A stretch of DNA of 64,000 nt from Balanoglossus misakiensis (taxonomy: Eukaryota > Animalia > Hemichordata). The position numbers were made by a program, and so were the translations under genes. Numbering within the stretch: the first letter of the stretch is position 1; each line of letters opens with the position of its first letter. Shown here piece after piece: positions 29,109 to 44,100 of this stretch. Under the pieces are notes generated by a model, which saw only the letters and a program-made list of their open reading frames with translations, did not search any database and was not told where the DNA came from. The stretch is from contig CM082588.2 of the NCBI GenBank assembly GCA_040954595.2, forward strand, positions 6,646,202-6,710,201. The letters are read 5' to 3'.

Positions 29109-32100
29109 CTATGTTGTTTTTGAATGACATGGATCCTCCTCCTCAGGAGAGCTTGGCATTGTATTGCGATGTCGTTGTATGGCATCCCACACCCGAACTC
29201 TTGCACTGCCCCTGAAAAACACCCAACAACAAACAGATTACTGTAAAACACTTTATTTTCGCGAGTTGAAATTTTCGCGTTATCGAGAGAGGCCACTGTT
29301 TCGCGAGTATTAATTTTCGTGTTCTCTTATTTCATTCACTGCATCGTTCTCTTTAAAAAAAAATAGGCAAATTTTATTTTCACGCTATTTTGGCTCTCGC
29401 GTATTTCGGGTAAATTTATTGCTCGCGAAAATAACATGTTTTAGAGTATCTTGCATACATGTACTTATGGGGGTCACACACACCATTAGAACGGTTCTGA
29501 AGCGTCTCAGATCAGATACTGTCTTAAAAAAACGTGTGTGTAGTGATCCTGAAACGTGTCAGATTTGAGACGGCTTTGCCGGTCAGACCTGAGCCGGTGT
29601 AAAGATTAACACCTCGTCGCAACCCATTGTCTATGGGGCCGAGCCTAAGTGCCTATACACAATTTTGGGGGCACTTACCTTAGTTCCAACTGCACCAAAT
29701 CGTCTTTACTCATCAGTTGAAGTACATCATTTTTCGTGTACTCTTCCTTGATAAACTGAGTTTTAAAAAAAGAAAGAAATCTTCATCAGTTTGACTGCAT
29801 TTTAAAAGGATGGCAAGGTTTCCCCCGAAGACAAAGAGAAGGAATTATCCAAAATATTCAACGGACACTTCAGTCTTAGTAATCTTCCACTCAAAACATC
29901 AATCACAGAACGGCCACTGTAATTGACTGATAAACTTTTTCTTCCCAAAATGACCAATTTACAAATAACACTGAAATACTTGTACGACCAAATATACGTC
30001 ATAACCTCACCTTTTGTATACAGGTCTTATCGAGCCCTAGTGACTCCAGCCATTCGATCAATTCTCCATCAGCCCTAGGTTCACAAGCTGTTGACAGATA
30101 CACAGGAAATAAGAATTTAAATGTGGATCAAACAGGATCAAATACATGGCACAGACATTATGGGAGTGCTGTATGTGTTAGTCAAAGTTGCTTTGACTGT
30201 AACAACTGTGCTGGATTATTCATATCAACCAGTAGGCTTCCTCCAGCATTAAAGGGACAAAGTCTCTCTCTCGCTGCCCTTTTTTCCATTAATTATGTTT
30301 GATACAAGACACTGTTTATGTTAATGTACATGTGGATAGTGAATCAATGTTCGACCACACACAACTTCCACCCCACGTGTATGATATGAGAGTAAAATCT
30401 CGCCCAAAATGAATAAATGGTAAAGAACGATTATTCATTTTGGCGAGTTTTTTCACTCTCCTGTCTATAAGAGGGATGGAAGTTGTGTGTGGTTGAACTT
30501 TCATTTACTATATATCCACATGTAGAATAACGAACGGTGTCTTGTATCAAATATAATTAATGGAAAAAGGGCAGCGAGAGAGAAACTTTGTCCCTTTAAT
30601 GTAACAAGGATGATTTCACTCCTTCATGTGACAAACCACACTAGCATATAAAAACACTCTCATATCAGGGCTGTCTTTGCATACATGTGGGACAATTCTG
30701 AAATCAGTGACGTTATGGTGACAGAGATTTGACAAATAATCTGGTCCAAACATCAGGCCAAAATAAAAAAATATGTGCTGTTCCGATTACCCGACCTACC
30801 CTAATTTTAACCCGCCGACCCTAAACATTTTAGAGCATCGTAAATCCGGAAGTAAAAATAATGATGTCAAATATACCAAATTTATGAAAAGGTAAATCAA
30901 TAACACAGTTACGTATTTTACTTTTATACATCTGGATACATCACCGCTGGAGAAAGCCTACGATAGCTGAAACATCAACAGTCACAATTAAACATTCCTA
31001 CTCTACTGCTAGTTACACATTCTTTTTTCCCATCCACTAAATGCAACTTCATGAACATTGAATTACCTGCTCTTTTCCACGAATATGAAGCTGTGGCTGA
31101 TAAGAGACATAATGTACACAACACACAACAGACGAAAAAGAAAAACAGGAAATCAGCAAAATATAATTTTACGACAGTACCCTTTCACATCTTTAGAAAA
31201 TTCATCTGTATTGTGTCTATATCATGCAGATCAAAAATATAGGTTTATTAATCTTGAACGTACAGACAATACCAGAAGTAAAAGGGTCTTTAGAATGAAG
31301 TACCTCCAGTCAACAATTCATCAGAGTGAACCAAAGATTATCTGTAAGGTGTTAGTGTATGCCAAGACAGAAGTAGTATCATCTTACCTGTATCTACAGG
31401 AGTGGTCGGTGAGTCCTGGGACAGAGATGGAGATGACTGTTGCCTGCACATAACATACAAACACAAAATGTTTGTTAATACTCAAATTTGATCAAATATA
31501 CTAACTATTACTTCATAATGTTACCAGATTCAAAGAAATTAATCCTGGCTTGAGTTCATGTCAGAATTTAATTTTGAAACAGAATGAACCCCAAACATAT
31601 GAAATTATCATATTTAAAATTACAGCCACCTTAAACAAGACTGCGAATATTATACATAAGAAAAGGACCAGAAAGATATAGACAACATTGATGACTGAAT
31701 AAAAGTTGAAAATCGTTTGTCCCATTGGCATGAAAATTGATGTCATAGACACCTCAGATGTTACAGATGTTAATTATATGTAAGTTTCACCCAGCTGCCA
31801 TGAAAAGTGTTCATCACATCAGATTTGGTTGCCTGGTAAAATAACAAACAAAGGTATTGTACTGGTACCTGAGTTGTTCTAATAACTGCCTCTTCTCTTG
31901 AATATGCAAACACAACATGTCTTGGTAGTCTCTTTGGAAAGATATGTACTCTTGCAGCAGCCTGTCAACAGATACAATCGCGGCAATTCCTTCAGTTGTT
32001 GGAATACTATGTGCAGACTTCGATAATTTCTACTGCACTGACTTCTCCCTTTATATAAACTCTCTTTACAACTTTGAGAATAAGCTCAGGCCAAAGGTCA

Positions 32101-35100
32101 GCATTAACAATGATTCAAACAACACATCCTGCAAACAATATTCTATATCAAACAATTTTTGGATTAAGTCCCCATGGTATAAAATCCTGGCATGTGTAAA
32201 ACTGATAAATGTCACCTTTCTGGGTATGTCACTAGGGTCAGAGTGCACATATTGCTTGAAGGTTTTCATTTTAAAGGGAAGGGGTCGTCGTGCCGCGTGG
32301 GTGTCCCCCTTGATGAGAATATGTCCTCCCATACCAGCGCAAACATAACTGCAGTCGCCACAACCTACTAGGATCTTCAGTTGCTGTCATGCCCAGTCTA
32401 CGCTACGGTTGGCTGCTTCGTTCATTCTAAGAATGATCTAATTTCAGGGATTTGCGGATGGATTGTAATGTTATAAACAAACAAACGCGGCGCGACAACC
32501 CCTTCACTTTAATGAAGTCAAACTAACCTTGTGTTTTCCTGGGAAAGCTCTCGGATTTGAGATCTCAGCGAAGCTTTGGTTTTGTGGTCATTAAATCGTT
32601 CTCTATCAAGTTCTCTGTTGCTACTTAGAGTTGACACTCCAGACGAATTAGCTGCCGGTACTTCATCGTGGCCATGCTCCTCATGGAAATCAACCTCCAC
32701 TTCTACAGAAGCAAATGAATTTGAACCTGAGAGGGGTTGAAATTAGTGCGTTAGTAATTATTGTGTGTTCTAAGGCCAAAATAAAAAATATGTGCTGTTC
32801 CGATTACCCGACCTACCCTAATTTTAACCCGCCGACCATAAACTTTTTAGAGCTTCGTAACCCAGAAGTAAAAATAATGATGTGAAATATACGAAATAGA
32901 TGAAAACCGCGTGAATCACGCGAGAACGATGACGAAATCGCATGCACCATGCAAGAACTACGTCGTCATTTTCTACACTATGGCGGTCAGAGAAATAAAA
33001 AATAGCAAAACAAAAAAAAATTTCCTACCTACCTACGGTACTCTATTTTTGAAAACCATGTAATCAGAACAGCACATATTATTTTCTTTTGCCTAATATG
33101 CCAGTGCTCAGTGCTATTACAGATTACTGTAAAATGGGAAATGTGCTACAGGAAAGAAGTGAGAAATACCTGGCGTCAGAAATGATATAACTTCATGGAC
33201 TGTAGTTCGAACAATGTTATCCAGAGCGAACATCCAATGAGGCTTGACACTGTGTCTTCTCAATATTTCATTCACCTATGAAATGAAAATTAATGAAATT
33301 GAATCAAAATAATTGAAACCGAATCAAAAAATAAGAAAAAGATAAAGGTATTATTACAAGCCTGTATCATAATTGCATAGATTAGACTGAATGATAGTCT
33401 TATATGGTACAAAAAATGTCATCAGACAGCACCTTCCAGATTTTGGTTCGACACTTACGCAATCTTGGAATATATACAAGACCAACTGTAACTCATTGAC
33501 TGTGTCTGCCTCCGCTGACAATTCCTGCTTCATTTCACCTGTAAGAAAAATTGAACAAATTGTAGTTCAATAAAATGCAAGTGTTGAATTCTGGACAAAA
33601 TTTAGTTCGACACAGCTTAAAAAATAATAGACATTTTTGTCTAATACATGAATTTGTCCCACATTTTTCTCTCTTCCCTTGAAAAATCTCACCTAATGAC
33701 TTGTGCATGGCATCTTTGTCTCGCGTTTTGATGTAACTCCGCAAACTATCGAGCAAATCTGTGAAATATTTCTGTGAAATACAGGAAAGAAACACTCCAT
33801 GAGAGAATAAAACACAAATATTTCATTTTTCGGCATTAAATAAGGCAAGCACTACGGACAGCTAGAAAATTAGCATCAACAAGAATTGTGCATGCAGCTT
33901 ACTAGTGAAATATTATGAAATGAAATAAAGTAGTCATCAAATTGTTGTGGTATTGAGGATTTTCAGAGTCCTGTGTCTACAACTGCATAGTTGAAGTTAA
34001 TGAGGGCTGTCAAATATCACAAGCAAGAGCTCCAACTGGAACTGGGACCAGTGTATTGCGTTCGCACTACAAGTTTACGTTGACTCAAATTTTAGGCATG
34101 CACATGTCCATACAGGGGTTTTTCCAATGGAATACAGATATATCCCCTCAGATGACATGGTTTCGTTGCAGTATTTTGGATGCATAACTTCAGACATCAC
34201 AAAATGTTCATGTTTTGAATTTTTTGGAATTAGACACAGGCTGCCGGAATAGATAATTCATTCCAAACTATAAATTGGTAATAGCAAAGAGTTTGGACAG
34301 CAGTGTACCTTGCAATTTCTATCACTTACTTTTTCTAACTTGAGAGGACTTGCAGCTTCCCTCTGTACCCGTCCATACCATGCTTCGATTAACTACACGC
34401 CAAGAAAATTATAACATTTCTGAGACACGTTTTATGAAATCATATGTTCAGTATGATTGTGTGAAAATTCATGAACTTCCAATCATCCACTTTTCAGTTA
34501 CAGTATTTTGTCAGTCGAAGAAAATGTTCAAAGGACAAACTAAGAAGATTCTAATTCACGACAGGAAGTTGCCAGTTAACAAAATTTCTCAGAATTATAA
34601 ATGACAAACTCGCACAAACCTCACAAACTACCTTAACCCTCTCACCGCCATGGTTCAGTCCAAACCCATTGTTGTCTATGGTAAGGTTGGACCTCTATAG
34701 AGGGAACTGGGGGTGAAAGGGTTAAAACCGGACTTACACTGTCTTGATCATCAGTAAGCACTTGTACCAACGTCACACGTCTCTCACTATCTTTGCGTAA
34801 CATGTAGAAGCCATCTTTGCTTCCGGGTGTAACTGGTGTCTCAGGAGTAGTATTGGATAGCTCGCTCAACCTGCATTCAAGACACAAGAATGACAAACGC
34901 AAAATAAATAAACAGGTAACCCACCTATTCAGTAACAGAAGACACAGCACTGTTTTTGGTATTTGGTCCAGAAAGATTGAAAGTTTAAATTTGAATAAAG
35001 TTTCAGTGACAGAAGAGTTATACACCTTTAAATGTAACACGCACTGACCCCCTAACTGACTGTGAATTTTGATATCACCTCTACAAAGAATATAAAAGAT

Positions 35101-38100
35101 CCCATAACCATTTTACTGACGGCAGATTCTACAGGCAGTTACAGCAGTGTTCGGTCTAGTCAGTGACCATATCTGTTTACTTATAGATGGAACTTCTCTA
35201 TATTGGTTTTCTTTGAAATAAATAAAAAGTAAAAATAAAATATTTTACCTTGAAACTTGCCGATCAACATGCAATAATTCTGTTGGTGCTGTATCTGCAG
35301 AACCCCTAGAATTGGCGATAAAGAAATTATTTGATCAGAATGTTGTAACAATGACAAAAACACATCTAGTAAGATTTGACTGGAAGTGAACAGCGAGAAA
35401 AAGCATGCTACGCAAAGGAATACAGCATAATCAAAATAAAAAACAAATTTTTAAAACTGTGATGTTAATCAAGAAACAGAACTACATAAGAATAGCACTG
35501 GAAACATCTAGAGGAAATAAGACAAGTAAGTAAGATTAAAAATGTGATTATTTAAGATAATACTGAAGGATTCAAAATCTCTGCAGTGGTTACCAACACA
35601 ACCTTTTCAGAATACATAAAAATGCAAGGTTCGCCAATTTGAGAATGAAATTATTACATTATGACTTGACCGCTAAGAAACAAGTAAGAACTATCCTTGA
35701 GAATTGTATTGGCATTTCTATGTGCATTATTAGCAACGCCTGTTGTGTTCATACAGTACTTGTCATGAAGGATGTAGTACAGGAAATTGAAAATGGTTTG
35801 ATAGCTTTCCTAGTATCCAAAGTAAAAGCCTTGATTTAATTTATTATAGATATACCAGTATACATGATGTGTAAATCATGAAATAATTCACTGTGTTAAA
35901 AAAAAACCATAAGATTATGTATACTGGTATACATAAAGCTTGCTACCTACAGTAGCCACTATATTGAATCCTTCAGTATCATAAAATAAAGATATTACCC
36001 ACAGAAAATAATAAATTAATTGATATGATTGGGTAAATAAAAGCACAGAATAGAACAAAACAGAACAGACTACAGAAGAATGGAATAAACTTTGTTGAAC
36101 AACTATACTGTGCATACATATAATTGTGCTGAATTGGTTTGACATCAAACACAAGTCTACATTTTCATGTCATACATGTAGGTCAATTTATTATGCCAAC
36201 TTTATAGATCATTTGTTGTAAGTGTTACCATCACATCATGATCTGTGAATTACTTCTATCAAAAAATTTTAAATCTATCACGTTTCATGCCTGTCTCAGA
36301 TTAATTCTATAAACACATGCATGACATGATGATAGTGTAGCATTGTGTATAATGTACATCTCCATTCCATAAATTGTTGGTTTATTTGGTAAGTAGGAAG
36401 AGAGAATTAATTTCTATCGATTAATTTGTAAAACATAGCTGGATTTTTCGAGCACAACTCAAGGGAAATCATTTCAAAATTGCTGAAAACCTTCAATATC
36501 AGATCAAAGGTGTCATACTGGGCCAAATACTTGTGAAATTAGGTAAAAATTGTGAAGGTCCTTTCAGTGTAATTCAAAGATACAAATTGAGTCACCACAA
36601 CTGTGGAACAACAATTCTCTCATGAATCATTTCGTTATGTCAACTTTGGCAACAAATTCTCCAAAGCTGCCAAAATCAGAAAGGCAATAAATCAATTTTA
36701 TGAACGATTGTAAACACAAATAAGCTATTTATATGTACATTAATAAACATTTTTGCTGGTGTGGCATTGTAGTAATTGCTGTGTGCACATTCAAGTAAAC
36801 GGTGATTACATTTCTAAGATAGCGTCCATGTTAGTAACCATATCATCCCAATCCCTGGCAAACAAAAGGAGACATGCAGTGAGTTTACAAATCAGAGATG
36901 TTTTTCATGTTTCTCTCCTCTGACAATAATTATCAAAGTGGAAAATGTTTCTGCAGCAAGTGTTTTTTAGCATCTTACCTGTCAGATACAATCAATGTAC
37001 ACTGTTAAAATTCTCGTGAGAGAATTTCAGTTTCCAAACTACAGTACTATCGAATGAAGGCCCACAACTTCTAGAAAACTAATATAACATCTGGCAATAT
37101 AACATCTGGAACCAGATGCAGATACCATCAGTTGTACCTTACTTTCACATATACTCAAAACTCCATATTGGATGGCAATCTTTATACATGAAGTAGTACC
37201 ATATACTTCAAACTCACACACAAACCACACACACTAATGAAAATTAACTTTACATCCTTGACTGATAGACCATGGTCAGTCTCCACAGCTAGGTTAAAAA
37301 TCACCCACGCTAGTCTCTGCGAGGAGAATGAATTCATACATCATCCCCCCCTGTCTCCCTCACTCCCCCTTCTCCCTCCATCCATACACCCCCAAAACCG
37401 GCACAGCACATCATACATGTACATGTGTTGCTATCTCCCCTACTGTACCGTGTACAGGTACACTGTACAATTGTCGAATTCTCACACTCGCATCTTACCT
37501 GAGGTCCTCATCTGCAGTGGAGGAAAATGTGTTTGGTGACGAGGGACTTCGGTGAGTTCTGCTTGGTACGATCATTGTTACTGGCACTGCAGAATAGAAA
37601 TAGAATTAAAGAGATGCACTGAACTGGTTTTGCCATACATGTTAATCTTAAACAAAGTCTGTCAGAAATCTTTCCGACCAAATATACAATCACATCATTT
37701 TGCTTGCCTTGGACAAAAAACTATGACAGTATCATAAATTACATGTACCATCTAAAACCACATATACATTTACACGGATGCTATCAAACTAATCTAGTTC
37801 TTCTCAAGAGACAATGTAACATACACACACACATATGGACCACACTTCTAATGGCAGCCATCAATCACTACCTTACCAGAAACACTTCTGCCCAAGTGTG
37901 GGTGACTCTGTTCTTCAACCAGAACAGGTTTGACCTTGGACTTGGTCTTGGCCAGGAAAGGATGTTTCAACAATTCACTTGCTGTGATTCTTTTCTCAGG
38001 GTCAGGTTCAAAACACCTGTGAATCAAATAATAGTTACTAAGCCATTAGCTGTGTCTTTTGCATTATTTCAAAAGTTCAGTCTAAAACTTGGGTATCCCT

Positions 38101-41100
38101 AAGTCTACATGCCTATTTGATACACAAGAAATGACTGATTTGTGTGTGTGTAAATAACGTCTTTTAGATGCTTTGATCTCAAAGAGTATTAACATACTGG
38201 ATTAGAAAGCTCAACTGAACAGCTTTTTTTGCCAATTTTTGGTTCTCATCCATCCAATATACCAGTACTGAACACTGTCACGTCACAGCAGTGACCTCAG
38301 TTAGCAAGCAGTTAGTGCAAGGGCATGTTCTAAACATAAACATCGTTCATGCTATGGTTGCATGGTTCTTACCTTTCAATGAAGTCTTTGGCAGTGTCCG
38401 ACATGGACTCTGGAATTATGGGATGCATTTTGTAATAACCAACTTTGAACATGGCTGCTTGGGGTGACCCCAGCTGTTGATTGGAATGAAAACACACAAC
38501 AGAACTAACAGATGAGTGACAATGTCTGCAGTATACAGTTAAAACGGAAATAAGCTGTTTTCAAGTAATTGATCCAATTAATTTCTTTCAACCACAATGA
38601 CATGAAAAACTATAACTATCTTTTTCACTTAACCCTTAACTCCATTTCCCTGTGTAGCTGAGGCAATGTTCTTACCTCAATAAACGGTGGCTTTCCAGAA
38701 GCCATTTCAACCACTGTACAGCCCAGTGACCAAATATCAGCCTGCAATCCAACACAGCAGAAACAGGATACATTATCACCAAGATACATTACAAATGCAA
38801 CAGAACATATGTAAACTACTTTCATGAAATTAAAATGCCAGCTATACCATGTAGTATGTGGGCTGGTACACAGTGAACATAACTTCGCTACAGGGACAAA
38901 ATGGGTTTTTCAAGTTCATTTTCAAAGGGAAAAATGCACTATAATGAACCAATCATATTTATCATACAGGTTTCAAAAAATTATGCCATGTTATTTTTTT
39001 TAATTTCATATGATTCTGAGTTCCTTTTCAAAGGTTGATTAACACTTTCCTCTCAAGAAAAGCCCTTACCGGAGCTCCATATCCACGGAAACCTTTGTCA
39101 ATTACTTCTGGTGCCATATATTGTAAAGTACCTGAAAGAACATGTACAATTACATAGCAAGAGAAATATGTGAAAGTGCTGATGGTGAGAAAAGGATGTA
39201 TGATGAATGTATTGTTTTTGCTATGGTTATGGAATTTTGGTAACACTTCTGTTATACATTAATATGACTGCATGGATATAACAAGAGGAACCCCAGTAAA
39301 ATGACTGGAGAACCAGGCAACCTTTTATACCAGGGTACCACCTATAACAAAAAAACTGTTGATGCATGATAGAATGTTTGGAAAGGGTGATGGTGCTTTC
39401 ACCATATTTCGTTGCGAGAAATCAGCCTTAAACATTTCATCTGGATCAGATTTCTTGAGCCTACATGAATAACTTCAAACAAACACATTACTGTATTGGT
39501 GTTAGATGGAACTGGGCAGCATCAGATGGTGCAGTGTGGTTAACCCTTTCACCCCCCAGTTCCCTCTTTAGAGATCCAGCCTTACCATAGAAAACAATGG
39601 GTTTGGACTGAACCATTGTGGTGAAAGGGTAGGTCATACTGCGGGCATGAAGGGATCAACTTTGGCGGACCCACCTTTGAATGAATCGGCTCCAGGATTA
39701 ATTCCAGACAACCTCTTTGAAGTTCCGAAATCGGAAATCTTGATCTGTCCACTGTATGTATTCACCAACACATTGTCACCTTTGATGTCGCGATGTACAA
39801 TCTTCTGATCGTGCTGAAATGAAAATTATTTTGCTTGTAACTTTGCAATTTTGGTGCGATCAGCTGTAATATCATTTGTACAAAGAACATTCAAGAAAGA
39901 ATAATTACGAAATGAGCTTCATTTATATGAACTGTAACTTTTATCTGGAAAGCATAGTTTTTAAATGTTTTTCTCCTGTACCGGTATATCTGTTGCAGTT
40001 TGAATCCCTAATACACAATGAATTGTTCTAATATTCAGCTTGTTGAAAACTTAACCCTTTCACCACTATGGTCCAGTCCAAAACCATTGTTTTGTATGTT
40101 AAGGTTGGACCTCTTTAAGAGGGAAGTAGGGGTGAAAGGGTTAAGTTCGATCCAGACTTAAAGGTAGGCGATTGACTTACTAAGTATTTGAGACCTTCTA
40201 CAATTTGTTTCGTGTAAAACGCCATTGTCTGTTCATGGCTCTTCAATGGTCCCCACTTGGATCTCAGTAATGCTGACAAACTGCCTGTATTAGTAGAAGA
40301 AATAAAATCACTTTTTAATAAATAGAGTATTACAAATCTGCTTATGCACATGAGGTAGAATTTTTTTACTATTTGCTCCATAAAAATTACCAAAGGAGTG
40401 TACTGTGGTATTTGCAGCAATATAAAAATCACACATTCACTCAGATATAACAGTATATAATATATGTTGACTTTGATTTACATCAAATCTTTACAATACT
40501 ACTACAGGATGACACATGTTGGTGACGAGCCTTCAAGTAAAGATGACTAGTATATACGATTTAATTTTTACAATCTTCTGTAGATGATAGGGAGGCAATT
40601 CAGAACTTCAAAAAAAAATTACGCGACTTTTTATTTTCACGCTATTTTGGCTCTCGCGTATTTCGCGAAAATGTATTGATCGCAAAAATAAACTGTTTTA
40701 CAGTACCTCCTGGTACTTGCTCCATGAATATTTTGAAGAAACCTCCCTCGCTGGCAGAACCGAGATACTTGACTATGTTCTTGTGGTTTAATCTCATGTG
40801 CAGTCTGATTTCTTCGTGCAAGGGCTGTACTTCACTGGAAGTAGACAGATGCATTGCAACATTATTATTAGGCAGTAGTGTTCATTTTTTGTCAAAATTC
40901 CAGTCAGAATAGAAGAAAATGTATACCCTTTGTATTATGTTATCTGTTGATAATATGAATAAAGAAAATTGACATTTCTGTATTTTTTTCCCTTGTCTGA
41001 TCCGAACAGTTTGGCTACACCAACCTGGTACACAAGTCTCCCTGCCTGACACATATATGAAAATACTTATTTCTGTGAAAATCATTTTGCCCAACATAAA

Positions 41101-44100
41101 TTCCATATTGAAAATTATCATCACTTGCGCACTATATTGACCTTGGCATTCATTCCTACCTTTTGTCTCTTTCCGGAACTTCCTTCACAGCTATTCCGAC
41201 TTGTGTGTTCAAATCTCTGGCGGCATACACTGTACCATATGTACCGCGACCTAACACAGCTCTCTGTCCATTCTCGCCAATTTCATACTCGTACTGAAAA
41301 ATGCACAGCAGAAGTAAAATTTGTAAACTTTTTAATCACTGATAGCACATTCCTGCTACTTGGTGCCTCATAGCTTTCTTCACAGCCATTAACCCTGTAA
41401 CCCCCATTTCCCTCTTTATAGAGTTCCAGCTTTACTGTAGAAACAATGGATTTGGACCAAACCATGGCGGTGAAAGGGTTAAACATTTAAAATTCTCAAT
41501 TTTCTGCCACTAGAGAGCACTATACCAATGATTGATATCAAAGGATTAAAAAAAGGTTCTCTCGCCCGGAATAGAATCAAAACCGTATAACAAATACAGA
41601 GAAAGCAAAGAAAAATTCTCATAGTGTCCTCCAATACCTGTACTGGTTCCAATGACAAATCAGATTCTGGATCTGACACAGCAAAGCGATCTTGATCGTC
41701 TGTTATGCTGACAACTAATTCATAAAACCTATAAAAAAAATTCAATCAATCAATACATCAAAATTATGCATCACATATTCATGCAGCAATATATTACAGG
41801 CAAAGCTACAGAACTCATTTCTGATTTAAAATGAGAGCAATATGTGAAGAATTTACAAAAAATGCAAATATTTGAATTTGCAAAATTCACAAAATAGAAG
41901 CCTCTGAAGTGGGGTCTCGGCTTACAACATTCTGAACTTTAAACTAGCATATGCTGTGCTAAAATGAGAATACCCATTTACATGGCCAAAGTGTATGCAC
42001 TCACCATTTCCTCTGTCTTTCTGACGAAAAGTAGATCTGGAAATCGTCTGCATTTTGTTGTACATACAGAAATAGACACCTGTCATCTCGTTTGTACAGA
42101 CTACAGGGAAGAAGAATATGTATATGTTTAGGGTAGTGTTAGCTACTGCACAGTACAGGGCCGTGCAGTCACAGGGGTGATTTTTTTACAGTGTACAGCA
42201 CTAGTCAAATTATCCTACAGATAGACATTACATTGACTTACCTAACTCCTTTTATTGATGAAGCAGCAAACAGCCATTCATGGATAGTCTGTGGGAAAAA
42301 AAGAGATATATGCATGATTCAGGGCACAGGTACCACTTAGTTTATCAATAAAAATTCGCATGTTTTTCCTCAGAACTATTAACATATACATACATACAAT
42401 CTACATGTACATGTGGATGAAAAACAGACGTTTAATTCAGCATATACGTAAATTTAGTCAAAACATGTTTCTCTCATCAAAACCTATTGGCCATACCAAA
42501 CCAAACAGAATGTGTTTTGAATTTTTCAGGTTTTCTAAATAGTGGCCTATTTACGAACAGTTTCAGAATTAAATAGTGTTGTGTATATTGTTGCATTACT
42601 GATGTACCAACATACTAAAAATACTGAAATTGTATACCTTTGCTTTGCTGTCATCATAGGCCACGTGCCATATTCGAACATTCTGTGAAAAGAAAATCCA
42701 ACATACATAAATGTCTAGCTACAACAACTATGACAAGAAAATTCTTCTGTATTTGTAGAAATATCCTATTCATTGTGACAAATGATTGTAATACATTCAG
42801 AATTTTTGGATGAGTTGCAATATTATATTCACCACTTCTCATATAAACGGTGAGAGGATATAAACCCCATAGTACGTTAGACTTATATTAAAGTGCAGTA
42901 TCCCCAAGGATGATTTTGCATATATATATATATCATCAATGTGGTTGGCGTAATAAGTCATTTTTGCCGACAATAAGTCATGTGATTTTGAAATTATGAT
43001 AAACTATGAAATGAAACACCTTTTACCTTTTCTTCAGTATCTTTATTGATGGTCACATAACTTGGCATAAATTCTTTGTTTGGTTCAAGGACTAAAACCT
43101 GAAATAAATCAGTATTAAAAACAAATTCATACAAAAAAATATTTTCAATATTATACATAATAAGATCAGCTATTCACATTGCACCAACTTTGTTTTGCCA
43201 CATAAAGAAATGTCAAAATCCATGGAATGCATAAAAGACTTCAATGATACTTACAGGAAATCTCACATCGGTGATTTCTGGTCTGGTGGCTTCCACGAAA
43301 AAGTCCAACCAGAAATGAAACAGCTGTGAAAGATAGGATTGTGAAAAGTTAGTGAGTTCTAGAATCTGTACATGTCTACCTCATGTTTTTCCTCAAATTT
43401 TACATGTTTGGTCACAGTAAAAACAAGTGTATAAGATGTATTGCCCTGGTCTGTTAAAGGTATACTGTCACCTATGCAAATATAGCTACAGTTACCATGG
43501 TAAATTGAGATCTAGCCAATCACAGGTTTTCAGTGGGTGGCACACGCGAAAAAAAGAGCGCCACCATATGTTCTTTACAGCACTCAAATACGCCGTTTCT
43601 GCCATATATGGGCGTATGTAAATTGGAGGTGACCGTATACCTTTAACAGCATATACAATGTACACTAAACACATATACAGTACATCTCAACTATCTGCCA
43701 ACATGGAGGGAACAATCTCGGCTCATACATGAAACATCATGGAATCCCCAAGATGCAGAAAATGATAGATATTCACAGTAGATAAAAGTACTGTCTATTT
43801 GAAGAAATACATCTTGATAATTTCATATCTTAACAAACCTGCAATTCGGGAGTATCAGGTTCTTCGGACAACCTCTGCACACTAACAATCATCTGAATAT
43901 TACCAAGAGTTGATTTCAAATACCTGGACGATAGAAATATGCATGCACGTTAGTTGACAATAGACTGGATTGGGTAACACAACAGTACCTGCTGGCAGCC
44001 TTTGGTTGGTAGCTTTTACACTTGAGTGCTGATTGGGCCCAACGACCACCAGCCAGCTGAACCCTGATCTTTAAAGGGACAAAGTCCCTCTCTTGCTGCC

